A DNA stretch of 62,378 bases, the filler included, from Choristocarpus tenellus KU-1152 (taxonomy: Eukaryota > Protista > Phaeophyceae): assembly GCA_964200185.2 (NCBI GenBank). It is 12 parts of 12 records of this genome, joined end to end, with 100 filler letters (N's around TTAATTAATTAA, not from the genome) between each part and the next. Parts side by side here need not be neighbours in the genome. Positions count along the whole stretch, not along the records: positions 1 to 6,214 come from CAXNAD020008664.1; positions 6,315 to 15,064 come from CAXNAD020004371.1; 10 more parts are not named here. One strand, written 5' to 3'. This document shows, in pieces, positions 1 through 13,438 of this stretch (position 1 is the first letter of the stretch; each line of letters begins with the position of its first letter). The position numbers were made by a program, and so were the translations under genes. A model generated the notes under the pieces. The model saw only the letters and a list, made by a program, of their open reading frames with translations, searched no databases and was not told the DNA's origin.

Positions 1-71
1 TTTGGGTGAGGGGAAGCACCTCCTCTGCAAGCTACTTTCTCTCCCCCCTGAGATACCTCCCCCCACCTCAC

Positions 72-2524
72 CTCCTCTTGCACAGCGATCATATTCTCCT
101 CGGCCCTCTTCATAGCTAGCTCACTGTCCACAAATCTCTCATCAATATATGCTAGCTTTGCCTCCCGCCTACGTGTCTCCTCCTCCAGCTTCATCTCCAA
201 ATCCTCATCCACTGACTTTAGCTTAGTTTCGAGATCTTCATCACCCGTTCTGACCATGCCCTCCATGTGCACCTTGATGGAGGTGTGTAAAAACGATTGA
301 TAGGGAGCAGGAGCTGAGAGCAGGGTTGAGCAGCCAATAAAAAAGATAGCGTGTGATTAGCAGATGTTGCAGGGCAAACCCATTTTAGAGGCAAAATGTG
401 ACATCTTGAACCTCCTATTGGCGTCAATGTTAACCCTTGTGCACCATATCCCATACATGTCAAATCTGGGTAAAGTTCTATCTGCCTTCACCATGGACAG
501 AGTTTGTTGGTGCGGCTCAGAATAAGATATGTGGCGTTCTTACTCCAACTGCCCTCGTCGCCTACTTAGATGTACTTGAAAATATTTTTTAGCAGATAAA
601 ACAACAGTGGGAAACTATTCCTGAAGCGTACACCCCAATGCATGTCCACCTCAAACTAGGTTCATTACTTGCAGTTCCCTAACACTCTTGACTATTCAGC
701 ACTTCAACATTGTGGCCAACTCTGTACCCCAGGACCTCTATTGTTCCTGACCACTCCAAAATGACCCCCTTTGTTGTACACCACAGAGTATGCAACATGA
801 TTGCTTGATGCTAGATTCTATGATACCTGAGAGTCCTTCATCAATCTCTTGAGGTTCACAGCAGACTCTTTCATTTCCTTCTTTACCATATCCTCAATCC
901 CTGCATTGTTCGACAGTGCCCTGACTGCTGCCCGGAGGTCGATGATGTCATTAGTGTTTTTGTCAGCCCTTGTCCACAGGCGCTGGAAGCCTATGAACTG
1001 TTCGCTAAGCTCGGTCATCCTCTTTTCGATCACTGAGACACGAGAACCCATCCGGATGGCTTTGTCTGTCGCTCGTTGGGACATGATTTCGAAATCCTTG
1101 CGTTTCCTACGATGGAGGAGATCACATACTCGGCCATAAGCCCACAACCAACGGCTTCTGGCTCGAAATTGGATCAATTCAGTACCACTATGAGGTGAAA
1201 TGTTGAGGAAAGGGAGTGCCTGCTTTAATGTCCCGTTTGACGAGTGAAGAGTGGAGGAGATATGAGAATCCGTAGGGATTGATATGGGCTGACTATTGAA
1301 GGTCAAATCCTCGAACTCTGTCTTTTGGTTGAGGATCAAGGGAGGTTTTCCCTTCAAGCTAGACCTCAGGGTTGATCCTTCTCCCTCCTGCTCATCATAT
1401 TCATTCAACTGGCGGGGACTTTGATCACGAGTGCTGATATGTTCCTTCAGCAGCTCTCCATCTCCTTCTTCAACTGTCTCCTTTGTACTTTGCGGCTTCT
1501 CTTGTAGACCTTGCACCAGGGGCACAACTTTCTCCAATGAAAGAGTCTTTTGCCCTTCATTGTAATCTTTTCCCTGTAGAAGCCCCTCTTTTTTCTGAAG
1601 GACCTCCCTCTCCTCCAATGGGAGGATATCTACGGCCATGATCTGTGGAAAAGGTGCCGGTTTCCGACGTGTGAAGGAAGGACCTTGAATTGGCGATCCT
1701 GTGGAAAGACTTCCCCAGGCACTCATGGTGTCTTCGTCCGCTTCCCCGGAGATGTGGTGAACGACGTTATCTAACTGGCGAGTGAGGGCATCAAGCTGAC
1801 CCCCGAACTGTGACAGGGGAACGAAGGAAGTTATTGTCTTGGGCGAACTAGACCACACGATCAACTATCCCCAAAAATTGTTGGAAAGAAACTTTAAAAG
1901 CAAATGCTGTCGGTTCGATGAACAGACACAGTTTTGTATTCAAGCTGTGTGCTTTACATCGAAAGTATCATAGAGTAAAGATTACAGGACACTAAAAGAA
2001 TGCAATCAACATTGGCGATACAAGAGTATCTCTGGAGATACGTACCAGGGAAGAGTTCGCATCAACCTTCTGCTCCAGACTGTCTATTCCACTGCACACT
2101 GTTCCTAGCACGTGGTTGATTGCAGCTGCATTTGACTTGAGCTGCTCTAAGTAGCACTGCATTGCGGAGGAATAGCTTTGGGTGCATGTCTTTTCCATTG
2201 CAAATTTATAGGGGTTGTCATCTGCCGCTGAGGCTTGTGAAAATGGTGGGAATCCTGGTATATCTATGTCGTCCCCCATATACTCAGGCGCATCGAAAGT
2301 AGAAGACGCCATGGAAGAAGGCACCCCAATACAGTAGATATTATATGCCAAGACACGATCGAGTCGAAGCTCCAGTGCCTCAGCATGTCGGGAAGTAGCC
2401 AAAAACATGAAAGATCTTTCGGCGACAAAACGTTCTTCAGTTTCAGCGGTGACCCAATTCTTCCAGATGTTCTGACCAATAGGGTCCGGCATACTTCTTG
2501 AGTCATAGTTCGAAGAAGTACTTA
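72..2524 (-). CDS. Multi-exon protein of unknown function with coiled-coil region (3' end runs off the window)
   Basis: Exons 2524-2046, 1864-827 and 272-72 have AG/GT boundaries and join in phase 0 (..DANSSL|LIVWSS..; ..MKDSQ|VHMEGMVRTGDEDLETKLKS..AVQEE|). The later exons are E/K/L-rich and heptad-like. Weaker upstream exon candidates are 3053-2943 (MGRPRSKVGR..) and 2755-2689. Confidence 0.7.
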
Positions 2525-3204
2525 CTATAAATAGGAGTGTATTTGATTACAATAATATAATTTAATACGTACTCCAGAGTAGTGGTTTACCATAAGTGGA
2601 TACATGCACCATGAAGGATATGCTACGATACCCACATTAATAGGGTAATCGTAGCCTTTTTGAGTAGGTGGTAGAGTTAGCAAATGACCTGAGTTGATGC
2701 CTACGAAGGGAGAGAAGACTTTGTCCACATTTTTTTTTCGAATTTGAAGGCCCAACTACGAATCCCACACTATAACCCTGAAGTCACTCTCAGATGATGG
2801 ACCATAGAGGCAAGTGCGATGTTGGAGAGAGTTATAGAGATTCTGGGAGGGGAATCCTTTGTGCGCTTAGAACTTTCATACACTAATAGAAACCCAAGGT
2901 TCACGGTCATGATGCACGCTACTTCCGAGTACAGACATACACGATGGAGGCCTGCACTTTGTGAGGAGATAGCTCAGCTACTGTACCATTGTTGAGGACT
3001 TCAGACCTCTGAGCAAGTGTCGTTCTTCCTACTTTAGAGCGTGGGCGACCCATTACCCCAACTTTATCGAGGAGATGGGAATCGAATTGTGACGTCAAAA
3101 ATTGTGTAATTTTGTCGCGCTCTTGCTTGAGGATAACAAGAGACCGTGTTATCGAAAAAGTTTAAAGTGTGCCTGAATAGGGCATTTTTGACCCTTTTCC
3201 TTGT

Positions 3205-5247
3205 ATGGCCTTTTTGAAACAGCGTAGATGGAAATATTATGAGTCGTACGTGTATCTGGCAGAGCCTTAAGAGGGTCCCGAGGATACAACTTATGTAGAG
3301 TTGTCGTCAACAACAATCGCACTGTCAATCACAGGAAGATCTGAACATCGCCATCATCGAGGGTACAAGAAGCAACACGAGGTGACCCCATGGATATTAG
3401 AACAGGATCCAGCAGTCGCAGCCGATGCTATGATGACTCTCCATGGTTCCACCATATATCTCAGGGGAGTAGAACCACCTGTACCAACTGGCAATGACAC
3501 GCTGTCACCAGTTTCTCAAGAATTGGGTGTCACACGTGTTGTAGAGTTGGAGGTGAGGACAGACACAGCAAGCAAGGAGTACTTTGGGGGCACCATGTTT
3601 TTGGAATAATTGGCACGCCCAAACGGAATAGGATTACTGCTGATGTTGAACTTCTGAGACGGCTAATGTCCGTCAGCATGTGTATCTTAATTTCAAATAG
3701 CACGCACATAATACCCTGATAAACATGTGTATACGCTCTTATGCTCCCAAATAAACTAGAGCAATCTAACCCTGTTTGCCATGATCATGATTGAGCGATC
3801 CCGAGCCATCGGAAAGAGACCAGTAAAAATCTTCCCCAGACTATGGTTTGGTTTCGAATTTGGGCAATTTCTGTCTCATGCGGCAGAGTTTTTTACAGCG
3901 TTGTGTTGTCACTTTATTGCCTGTTGGAAATACACCAATAGAGTCTGCTTGTTGTAAAGAGAGCATAGGAAATCTGTTCAACGGCTCAAAAATATGAAGG
4001 TGGAGGGGCAATTGGTGGTGGACATTTGTTTACAAAATGAGGATAAATCTGCAGCATCGGAAGATTTCGGAGGTACTTGTAGGGAACGACCACTCTATGA
4101 AAATACCTCTAATACTCCGGAGTACCATAATGATGGAATGCCCTATACCGTTGATGCATATCTTCATGATCTCTCCTAGGCCACTATGTCGTCTTTTTAA
4201 TCGAGGGAAACTAATGATGGTAGTGGGAAGAAGAAGGTGATGGAAGAAGACAATTTTAATAGGTAGTAGTAGGAAGGGACAATTATTTCTAAACAGTAGC
4301 CCTTACATCGATAATAATAGCGGAACGGCCATAGATTATTATAGGTCACACTACTACATTGTGTCCACATGGGAGATGTGATTGTCCCACGACATCCCTG
4401 TCCCCTCAAATATAGGGTTAGGTCTCAGGGTTAGACTTAACATCACCCTCGGCAAAGCATCCATCTTTCTTGTTGAGAAAGTGGACGAGAGGCATCGCTA
4501 CTGTGGCTACTAAACACATACATGTGCAGTGTGATTGACCACGTGAACGATCAGAAGAGTGCAGTCCAAAGACGAAAAATTAGCCTGTCGTGATGTGATT
4601 GATGTCATGATGGCACACTGGAGGTGGGTGTGATGGTTCTTGCAACCGATATCACAAAAATAACTCTTGTCGCGTCTGTTCCTATCACTGCCTTTTCTCG
4701 AACTATTTTCGAGAAGAAGACTAAGCAACATTATATCCGCCTGTATGTTGTGATTTTGACTGTTCTTCTAGCCTAAAATTTTCGTGAAGTAGTAGGTATA
4801 TAGACTAGTACTAATAGATAAACAGCTTTATCTTGTGTGCTTCATTTTTGTGGTCATCCTTCAACAAATTGGATGACAAATTACAAACTTTTGTATTAAT
4901 TATTATTTTATTAATTTTCCGCCATAACCATTTTTCTTCCCTAAGGTGAACTACGTCGGGATATTGGCACCTATTCGAAGGGCACTGCAGATGAATCAAG
5001 AGGTACTGGAAGCCTTGCACGAGAGGATGCTGGGGAGGGGGAATCCTATCCTTCTCTGATCCACAACAGATGATACTACTTTGCACCATTCTTGACTCTG
5101 GAATTATCTTTCCAGCAAGTAGTTATTACTAGGAACGAGGGGGTTGTAGTGAAGAGGCTGCTGCAGAGAGGTCGAGTCATCCTTTTTGCTGATTGTGGCA
5201 GATGGGTCTCTTCTATTGGTGCAAATGGTGCTTGTTAAAATAATAAT

Positions 5248-5290
<43 letters not shown>

Positions 5291-5802
5291 ACTAAGGCAG
5301 GCCTCAAAAGGAAGGTTAGGCGCTGTGCAGCTTCAACTTGATGTTTTTCTGATGGAACAGATATGTAAGGAGGGCGCCTATAGACAAAAAGACAATTCCA
5401 TCCTTACTCTATATCCTCGCAAGGTATTGCTTCAATCCTCGGGTAAATTTTCCTGGAGTTAAACACTGCAACATTGCTACATGGTATTGTAATGTGGGGT
5501 AACCCTACATTGTCATGGAAGTAATGCAAATGGGTCTATGAGGGGGAGAGGCAGGTAAGTTGATTAATACTATAAAGAGACCTTATGTACATACTCAAAA
5601 CGCACTTCTTATGCTGTGCTTTTACAAAACCGCGAGGGGAAGGCAATTCAGGGGGTTAGGTTTGAACATAGCTCACAGTGGTTCAGAAATCTTTACAATC
5701 TGGTTTGATTAACTTTGTCGGGTTCAGGATGTTGAAACTCCGGTTCATCATGCTGAACCTGTGGCGAAGCAGTCAGCTTTTGGAGTGCGCAGTTGGGCCT
5801 GA
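3205..5802 (+). pseudogene. Possible decayed intron-containing gene or transposon ORF
   Basis: Coding-like stretches with splice-like borders (MAFLKQRRWKYYESYVYLAEP*EG..; LQLDVFLMEQICKEGAYRQKDNSILTLYPRK|gt; ag|DVETPVHHAEPVAKQSAFGVRSWA*) are interrupted by stops and frameshifts. No family recognised. Confidence 0.25.
5253..5286. repeat. (TA)n microsatellite
   Basis: Perfect TA dinucleotide run preceded by (TAA)n. Confidence 0.95.
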
Positions 5803-6194
5803 CAACCACCTTGTACATGTCTTGCAATATGTCGCTGGTGAATTTGGTAGAGTATACATATTATGTAGGGCGTATGGCTTTATACCCCCTCTTCTTGTTT
5901 ATATATTGTTAGACTCAGTATTATTAGCCTATACTATTCATTATTATCACTTGTCTGCTCACTTTAGAATGCGACTTGCACTACTGCATTCTTGTACTAC
6001 TGATAAGACAATCAAGAATATTGTCGAATGGACAATGCATGTAGCTCTAGATTATCCTTCCCGTCCAACTCGGGAGAGCGCTCAACCGATTATCAACACT
6101 ACTAATTCATGGAAAGTAGTCCATCTATTGACTAGATGTAGCAAGTGGTAAATGTACATAAAGCGTCCTTGATATTTGCTCTACTGCTGAAAAA

Positions 6195-6214
6195 GGCTCA
6201 ACGTATCTGGGGGG
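6195..6214. mobile_element. MITE family B terminus, truncated by assembly gap
   Basis: GGCTCAACGTATCTGGGGGG matches the family-B terminal repeat GGCTCAAAGTATCTGGGGGG. Confidence 0.6.
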
Positions 6215-6314
6215 NNNNNNNNNNNNNNNNNNNNNNNNNNNNNNNNNNNNNNNNNNNNTTAATTAATTAANNNNNNNNNNNNNNNNNNNNNNNNNNNNNN
6301 NNNNNNNNNNNNNN
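6215..6314. other. Artificial contig spacer N44-TTAATTAATTAA-N44 (stop codons in all six frames)
   Basis: The same 100-bp spacer occurs at 15065-15164, 22622-22721, 30307-30406, 33335-33434, 36632-36731, 40105-40204, 43960-44059, 46672-46771, 49923-50022 and 59475-59574. Confidence 0.97.
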
Positions 6315-7582
6315 GTGACTAACCTTTCATTTCCAATGCAAGGCTTGTAATTAGTCATGTGAGTTATCATATTGGTTACATGACATGAAGCCGCACTGTC
6401 CAAAATCCATTCTTCCCTCTCGTGGCCAACCCCAACACTTGACATCAAACATTCGTCTTCCCCACACTTGCCTGGAGCATTGCTGCTCGGAGAGTCCTCA
6501 GTGGCGACCAGTAATGCGTATCGCTCGTCGTCGCCGCAGCTCATGGCACTTTCCACAGTAATGTGGGAAGGATTCGCCTCCGTCTTGATCTCTTCCTTCC
6601 CAGACTGAATCGTAGTCAAGAACACCAAAGTGCATATTGTATCATCATGGGCACATCCACCACATTTAGTGCAAATGCGGTTTGGGTAAGCTGTCCTCTC
6701 ATGTCCATGCTTACCACATCTCTCACAAGGAATCTTCTCGGAACGCTTTGGGTTGGAATTAGAACCATTTGCCTTTCTTCCACCATTAAATTTACGTTCG
6801 ACGCCGTGACCTTGACCGTTGCGATGAGACTGACTCTTCCCTTGCGATGAGCTGTTTTGAACCAAAGCATGGCTGTTCTTGTGTCTTGAGTCCTTCCACT
6901 GATGAAGGTAAGCATATCGCTCTCTAGCAGTTTTCTCTATATCTGCTCGACGTAGTGTTCTCTGCGAGGCCATCATGCGTATCTCGGTATCGTAATCTGA
7001 TCTGAGAGCACTCAGGAACTGTAGGAGCAGCAGCTTGTCCGAGATCACCAGGTCCATTGATTGCATCCTCCCCTGTAGATCTGCCAGGTGGTTTAAAGTC
7101 AGGATCGGATTCGTCCCCTTCTCCACTGGAGCCGTCCAAGAGAAGTTCCTCGTAGGAACATTATTCTTGATTGACTGGTCTTTCACTTGTCAACGCATCC
7201 AAGCACTGAATATATCGGCAATTCACAATGAAACGCCTCCACCAGTCCCGGTAGTCTGAGTCGTCCAATAATCTTGGTGGTTGGTTTCTTGATCTCTTTG
7301 TCGTAGGGCGAACAATATGTGCGCCTGGCCCCAAGCTCTCCGAAAACCGGACCTCCGGCTCTCTCCACTTCTGATGCTCACAGCATCCAAACTCTTTCTA
7401 CTCTTTTGGAAATTTTCCCTCAACATGAGTTTCATAGGACCCACTGCGACTGCTACCCCCCCAGATGAAGGTCGCGTGCTGGGCACAGCGGCCTGGACGA
7501 CAGGATAATTTCCGTCACCGACTCTATCAGACTGAACCATGAGATTGGCAACGTTTCTTGACAACTCCGCTACCGTCACCAT
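6315..7582 (-). mobile_element. Ty1/Copia LTR retrotransposon gag-protease fragment (frameshifted, truncated by gap)
   Basis: Gag-like LLLQFLSALRSDYD, two zinc-knuckle-like motifs (CERCGKHGHERTAY, CTKCGGCAHDDTIC) and the Copia protease motif WILDSAASCHVT. The upstream ORF 7582-7223 is in another frame. Confidence 0.9.
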
Positions 7583-9205
7583 AAGTTGTCTGAATTCTTG
7601 GACAGATGGGCCCTCGTAAGGAACAGGTTACCGCAATTCTTGAATCGCATCTCCTCGTGTAGACACGATGAAATGATGGGTTAGGAACCTAATGTTCAAT
7701 GTATTGAGTTAAAGTATCTCCCAAATCATCAAAGAGGATAAAGGTGATAAATCCAGCGAGATTGCTTGGTGTCTGTAGAGTGATTGATAAAGTTAAGTGG
7801 GGCATGCAGCACCCATAAAATCAGAAGTATTTCCTTTTTAGATGAGAATTTTTCTCATACAACTAATCACTAGTAAAAGGTTCTGATAACTCAACCACTA
7901 ATTGATTGTTCCTTTACTCCACACATATTTTACTGTAACTGTCCGATAGAGTTGGAAGAGTCTAAGCGAACAACTGGTGTACTCTATAAACAACCTGCTA
8001 ACAACAACAAGACATCCTGCACTAAGTGAAAACAAGATATGTTTTCTGGAAGGCTATTGTGCGATTCACTATTGTTCTGAGAATAGATGTGAAGAATTGA
8101 TTACCACCAAACAAATTTCGTAGTAGTAAGATATGCCGGTAATTGACACAGTTGATGGATAAAGGCAGACTCTAACCACAACATCTGAACCCTACAAAAC
8201 AATTAATCAAAATGATGATACCTCCATCGCCGTGCAAGCACACCTTTAAGTCTTAAGATACAAAAATGTAATGGTTTTTTCTCTCAGCTAATAGGATAAT
8301 TGCACAGTCTACTTCATGATTCCATCTGGTTTATGAAAGCCTTGAGAAATCGGCATGACAAACATCACATTGTGTCTAAAAAGACCCAAACCTCTCAGTT
8401 CATTTTAGTTCGTATCATAAGATTCTTTATGACAGTAATTTGGGTCCTGGCAATTTGACCTTACTGGAAATATATGTACGCGAGAACGTTTTGGAATGAT
8501 CAGTGGTTGTGATTGGTGGCGAGGGTGCTACTGCATTTACTTAACCAGCTGACGTTTTCAACCTTACAACTTTACAAATATCTTAGAATGAACATAGAGT
8601 GGAGGAGTGTACAAGGCAAAGCCTTTTCAAACACAAATGGTTTATGATATCGTTTGTGCCACAAAGCCGCAAACTTTATAATAATGTGCAAACACTCTAA
8701 TGGTGCGATATTCTGAACTCAAAGACAGCGCTAGAATCTTATGGGGATGTGGTTTTGTACAAATGATCAGTGCAAATAAAGGAGCAGTATATTATACGTT
8801 GCTTCATAGCATGCACTTGAGTGGTAGATGGATTAGACGTGTTTTGCTTGCTTATCCTCTTACTGGATACTGTGATAGAATATCAAATATCCGGAATTGA
8901 AAGAAAATTGTAACTCGTCTCCATGACTATCATCATTCTTGGCCTTAAATGTAAGATCCACATATCAGGAGCAGCTTACGAATGTGCACTTGGAGGATGT
9001 TAAGGTGAAGAAGAAGAAAATTGAGGTGATATTGCAAGGGAAATTTATCCTTGTTGGCTCAGTGTGATCCAAGTGCTGCTCCATTGGTCTAATGGTCACT
9101 TTTATGCCATATTCCCCATCTCCCAATATATTTATGGTTAGTCACCTTGATGCATGCAAGCACTACCACCGCTGATTTCATCAGCTTTTAATTAGGTAAG
9201 CTCAC

Positions 9206-12200
9206 CCTTTGCAGAAGAATTTTTGTAGTATCTCCTGCTTCAGTGCTCTCTTGCTCCCCCAAGTAATGACAATATAGTCAATGCACCCGTTCAACCGAGC
9301 ACCAGCACCCTCTTCAAGTGATTCGATGAAGTCGAGGACCTAACAGTAGGAGGAATCATGCAGAAAACACCACTCTTAGGAGGTGTATTCTGGCATCACG
9401 ATATCTTATTCCGCAGTTGCTTAAGCAAAGGTAGGGTCTAAGGTTACTTTGTGCATCATGCCCTGTGCTGGCATTGATCTGGTGGTGGATAGGGTGAAGG
9501 AGAAGAATACAGAACAACAAAGTCTAAGTGGTAGGGTTCGTGTTTGGGGTTCTGGACCCTCAGCAAACCTTCAATAGACAGCACTGTCGTTGGTGGTGGA
9601 ACTCGGCTACAGGGTGTGTACGGGCAAGTACTGGGCCTAGGATTGAATAGGTGACAGTAATAGCCGTCTTTAGCTCATACCGTACGAACTACGGATACGA
9701 CGTGTTGGAGTAGTGACTCCAACAATAGGAACGGGACTGTGATGTACTTTTAGATGCGAGTCATTGTACGGTAGCATTTTGAAAGACAGCAATATGACAA
9801 CACTCGATACTATGCTATTGAGAGGGGGGTGGGTCGACGTCAGAGATTATACAGCAGTGGGACCATCACAAATGAGAGTTTCTGTTCGGGTCAGAAGTGA
9901 AACACGCCCTGCACAGTTCAGAAGAGAAACCTCATCAGATATAGAGGATTCAGGCAAGTGTTCCAGAGTTCTTCGTACCAACTATGGAAGTGCGCAGACT
10001 TAGAGTCAGATGGTAAGAGGTTCTGTACACAATGTAAACTGACCTGAAGGATCGGAGTTAACATCTGGGGGATTTGGGTACACCTTTCCAAGAGCACTAG
10101 TGCGTTTGCCTCGGTGCACGACGTCTCACCCCGCCTGAGTCAGAGATGCCGTGAAGTGTTTGCCGTGTGGTATGGGAATATGTTTGTCAATGGAATGATG
10201 AGTGAGTGGGTAGAGCTTTTAGGTTTCGTGCGTGCCTTTGAATCACACGTAACTTGTGCTATATTTACCCTGACGTTTGAGCAGCTGACCATAGGTACCC
10301 CCCAAGGGCTATCTTCCACATTTCTTACTCTGGTGAGACCCTACTTCACTAGTATCGAGAGGAAAAAAGGGTTTTGTGTCGTCAAGGGCATTTGCTACTT
10401 TCCAAAACCCAATTCCAGCAAATGAAATGGAACTGTACACAGAAGGACTGTAGATTGACTCTTGATGCGGAGAAAGTAGAAATTCTGTTGTAGTGCATGG
10501 GATTGGCCAGAGGGACCTCTGTCTTTCATCCTGCTCGAGTACACGAATCGCCACCAGATTCAATTGGATCATTCCTGTGGGTACAATTTCCATCCTCTGG
10601 TATCCACAGAAAATGTACCACCACGATAGTATTCTTTCATAAGTGCCAACGATGGCTACGCTCAGTCCTCTATCGTTTCCTGGAGAAGACGTTCCTGCTG
10701 CTCAATGTTGTATACCTTCATCTGGGGGCATAGTCCTCGCTAGCATCTTCACTTCAGATTGCCTCACCAATCTTACATGAACGATCTCGAAATGATCTTG
10801 TTTCGAGAAGATGTGGTATTCACAAAGGAGATCCACGGTCCAAACGTGCAGTTTGTACTCTTGTACAACTGGCTGGAAACAAGGGGGGATTTCCAAGAGG
10901 TGTGGAGACAAAGTTTTGTACGTAGTAGAATCATTTCCTAGACTACCTGTAGGAAATAACGAAATTGGTTCAATATACTCCAATATGTAAAGTGGCATGA
11001 AGAGGATGACAACAACCCATGGATCTCACCCAGCGGTTTCCCGTCTCGAGCTCCACACGTTTTTGATATTCTCGCATCGTCTTCTCGTCACGAGGAATCG
11101 ACTTAACAGCAACATTCACAAAGGGGGTGTAGAATAACATGCAGTTGGACGGATGGAGTTGGAGTCTCTACAGAGCTGGCAGAGATGGAATGTAGAGTGC
11201 TTTCTATGCAGAAGCAAGAAAGGGGATGAAAAAGGGAGATATGTGAGGTTGTTGATAAAGTATATATGGACAACATGGAGTGAAAGTACCTCAGAGGGTA
11301 TGAGTTTTGCCCTGTTTGTCCATTTGGGGCTTGGCTTCCCTTGGAGTTTTTTATGATATTTTCCTACTCCGAAATTATTTCGGAGTAGGTAAAATGTACA
11401 TGTTTTGAAAAGGTGTGTCCGGAACAAGGATATTGACACTTCCTAAACAAACATGATAGTCAAAATTACCTCTAAATCACAAAATAGGATTTTGTCCCCC
11501 AAATGGACGTAGCTCTACCCTCTATGGTACTTTGGCTCATGGATACTACTAGATGTGATAAATGTGGCTACAGATATACCTGAAAAGCTCAAGGGACAGT
11601 TACGTGGAACATGTAGCTTTGCTTGAGACGATTCAATGAAATTGGATAACGAAAAAGGGCAGGGATGTGGATGAGCAATGGGTGTATGCAAGTGTCGCTT
11701 CTACACTATTCATCATATGGATGACTGTAAAGAGTTGACAAGATGGACTAAACATTCTCACGACATGGATAGGAGGCCTTGTTCGAATATGACCTTGGAG
11801 GCCTACCATTTCTGTACTCTGTGCTTCCTCTATCGTGTCACACATGCTTGCCAAAGGTTTCCAAATACAGGGAATTGACTCTGTGAGAATAAAGGAATAA
11901 GTGTGATTTCCTTTTCCTCAACCACCACCAACACAAAACAGAAGGATAACAAACGCACAAATTCTTCTCCATTTCACCCTAGGCATATAGGTTTCATTTT
12001 TGCCACCTGCAGTCTTTGGATCCCCTGCACAGTATTGTGAAAAACATGTTTCTGACACCTTGAGTCGAGGAGATCTGCCTCCCCATCCATCTAAAAAATA
12101 TACATATTGTTCACCACCTGTGACCACATATACGAATGGACCAAGGAATTGGGGGTTAGAATAGGGTCGGAGAGTATGTGGGATCTAACAAGACGCTCAT

Positions 12201-12672
12201 CACACACACCTCTTAGAATACTGATCGAGTACCCCTTGATTAAGTCGGAGAGACATGTAGCCCATAACGCCAGATTCATTGCACTACACAGACAAATCTA
12301 CACATTTTTGCCATGAACAAGCGCCAACATATTATCAACTACACACTCACTTCGACAATCAAGAAGATCTGTTCCTACAGGGAGACAAAACCAAACTTGC
12401 ATACAAAATATCATCCACCCTACCCGCCTAAACAGACGCACACACGTCTACGCCAGTCTACGCCAAGGTCTCAAACTCGCGCACACCTCTAACCACAGTG
12501 ACAGTGACTGCAGCACATAGAACCACTGAGATTTGTCACTGTGGGTCAACCTCGAATCATCCTCGCCAATCTGAATTTTTAGCCCCCCCTCATAGTCCTG
12601 GTCTGGGTACCAGTGCTTCATGAGGAGGTCCATCATCCGGTGAATGGGTCTTACCCAGGTTTGTTTCGAGGG
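9206..12672 (-). pseudogene. DUF2009/UPF0652-family pseudogene (spliced)
   Basis: Exons in family order: 12672-12487 (..GEDDSRLTHSDKSQWFYVLQSLSLWLE), 12117-12007 (VVNNMYIF*MDGEADLL..NTVQGIQRLQ), 11101-11030 (SIPRDEKTM..GNRW), 10134-10044 (AG*DVVHRG/frameshift/ANALVLLERCTQIPQMLTPILQ) and 9339-9206 (..DYIVITWGSKRALKQEILQKFFCKG). These match the recalled motifs ARLTH..Q..YVLQSL.LW, AE.DLL, TGQG..R.Q, WVGSSVIHLG..VPNAL and IL.DFF. Two in-frame stops and one frameshift. Confidence 0.8.
11278..11538 (+). mobile_element. MITE family A (~260 bp, GAG..CTC termini)
   Basis: TIR GAGTGAAAGTACCTCAGAGGGTA / TACCCTCTATGGTACTTTGGCTC; lies in an intron of the DUF2009 pseudogene. Confidence 0.9.
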
Positions 12673-12892
12673 CTAAGGTTGGAAGGGACTTGGTGGGTTA
12701 GACCAGGTGCTGGGGAAGGAAAGGTGGTGTGTAGAGGACAGGGAGAGATGAAATTATATCTATTGGGCAGTGGAAACTTCAACAAGTTCAGGTTTGTTTA
12801 TTGTTGGCGTGAAACGACTATTTGGAACGAGGTGCACCAAATTTACCTTCACTTAACTGCTTGCTACTGCGAAGAAAGTCCTGTCAAGTATA

Positions 12893-13067
12893 GGCTCAAA
12901 GTATTTGGGGGGGAGTGGCGGCTGTCCATTTGCGGTCCATATTTCCATGTCGCAATTTTTGGGGGAATTTGGTTTCATGAGTTAGATAGATAATGTAAGT
13001 GCAATTTTCCTGGTTAGGACCCAGATGACACCCTGGTGTAGACACCCCCCCCCAGATATTTTGAGCG
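12893..13067 (+). mobile_element. MITE family B (~175 bp)
   Basis: Termini GGCTCAAAGTATTTGGGGGG / CCCCCAGATATTTTGAGCG; internal sequence shared with other B copies. Confidence 0.85.
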
Positions 13068-13438
13068 ATATAAATGACAAACACACGTAACGTCTGTATG
13101 ACCTGACCACTATTTTGAGACGATCCGAACATCCAAGACAAGCGCCAAACTCATGCACAAGATAGTACATGAGGAGACTAACACAACGTCCGGATTGCAC
13201 TGATCACCTTATGTTCATTTCACGATGGGCCGCATGATCACCAATCGAGTCAATCAATAGGGTAACCTCAGACTCCCTAGCCCTTCAATGTGGAAGGTTG
13301 ACAGCGATAGGAGGAGGGACAGGATTAGTCAGTATTCGACACATATACTAGTATATATCACAGTTACCATTTGGTACACCGGTGTACTCTTTGAGAATGT
13401 GATACATCCACAATTTTCAAAGCAGCAGCACCGCATTC

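Noticed and set aside
6259-6270. TTAATTAATTAA as a biological palindromic site
   Set aside because: Always centred in identical N-runs; it is an assembly linker
10044-12093. Stop-codon reassignment or RNA editing explaining in-frame stops
   Set aside because: TAG, TGA and a frameshift co-occur in one gene, while intact genes here end normally at TAA/TAG; pseudogenisation is simpler
12210-12297. A second duplicated DUF2009 exon (ICLCSAMNLALWATCLSDLI.. has W-x5-DL spacing like the true exon)
   Set aside because: Length and end phase differ from the 111-nt exon; the similarity is at chance level
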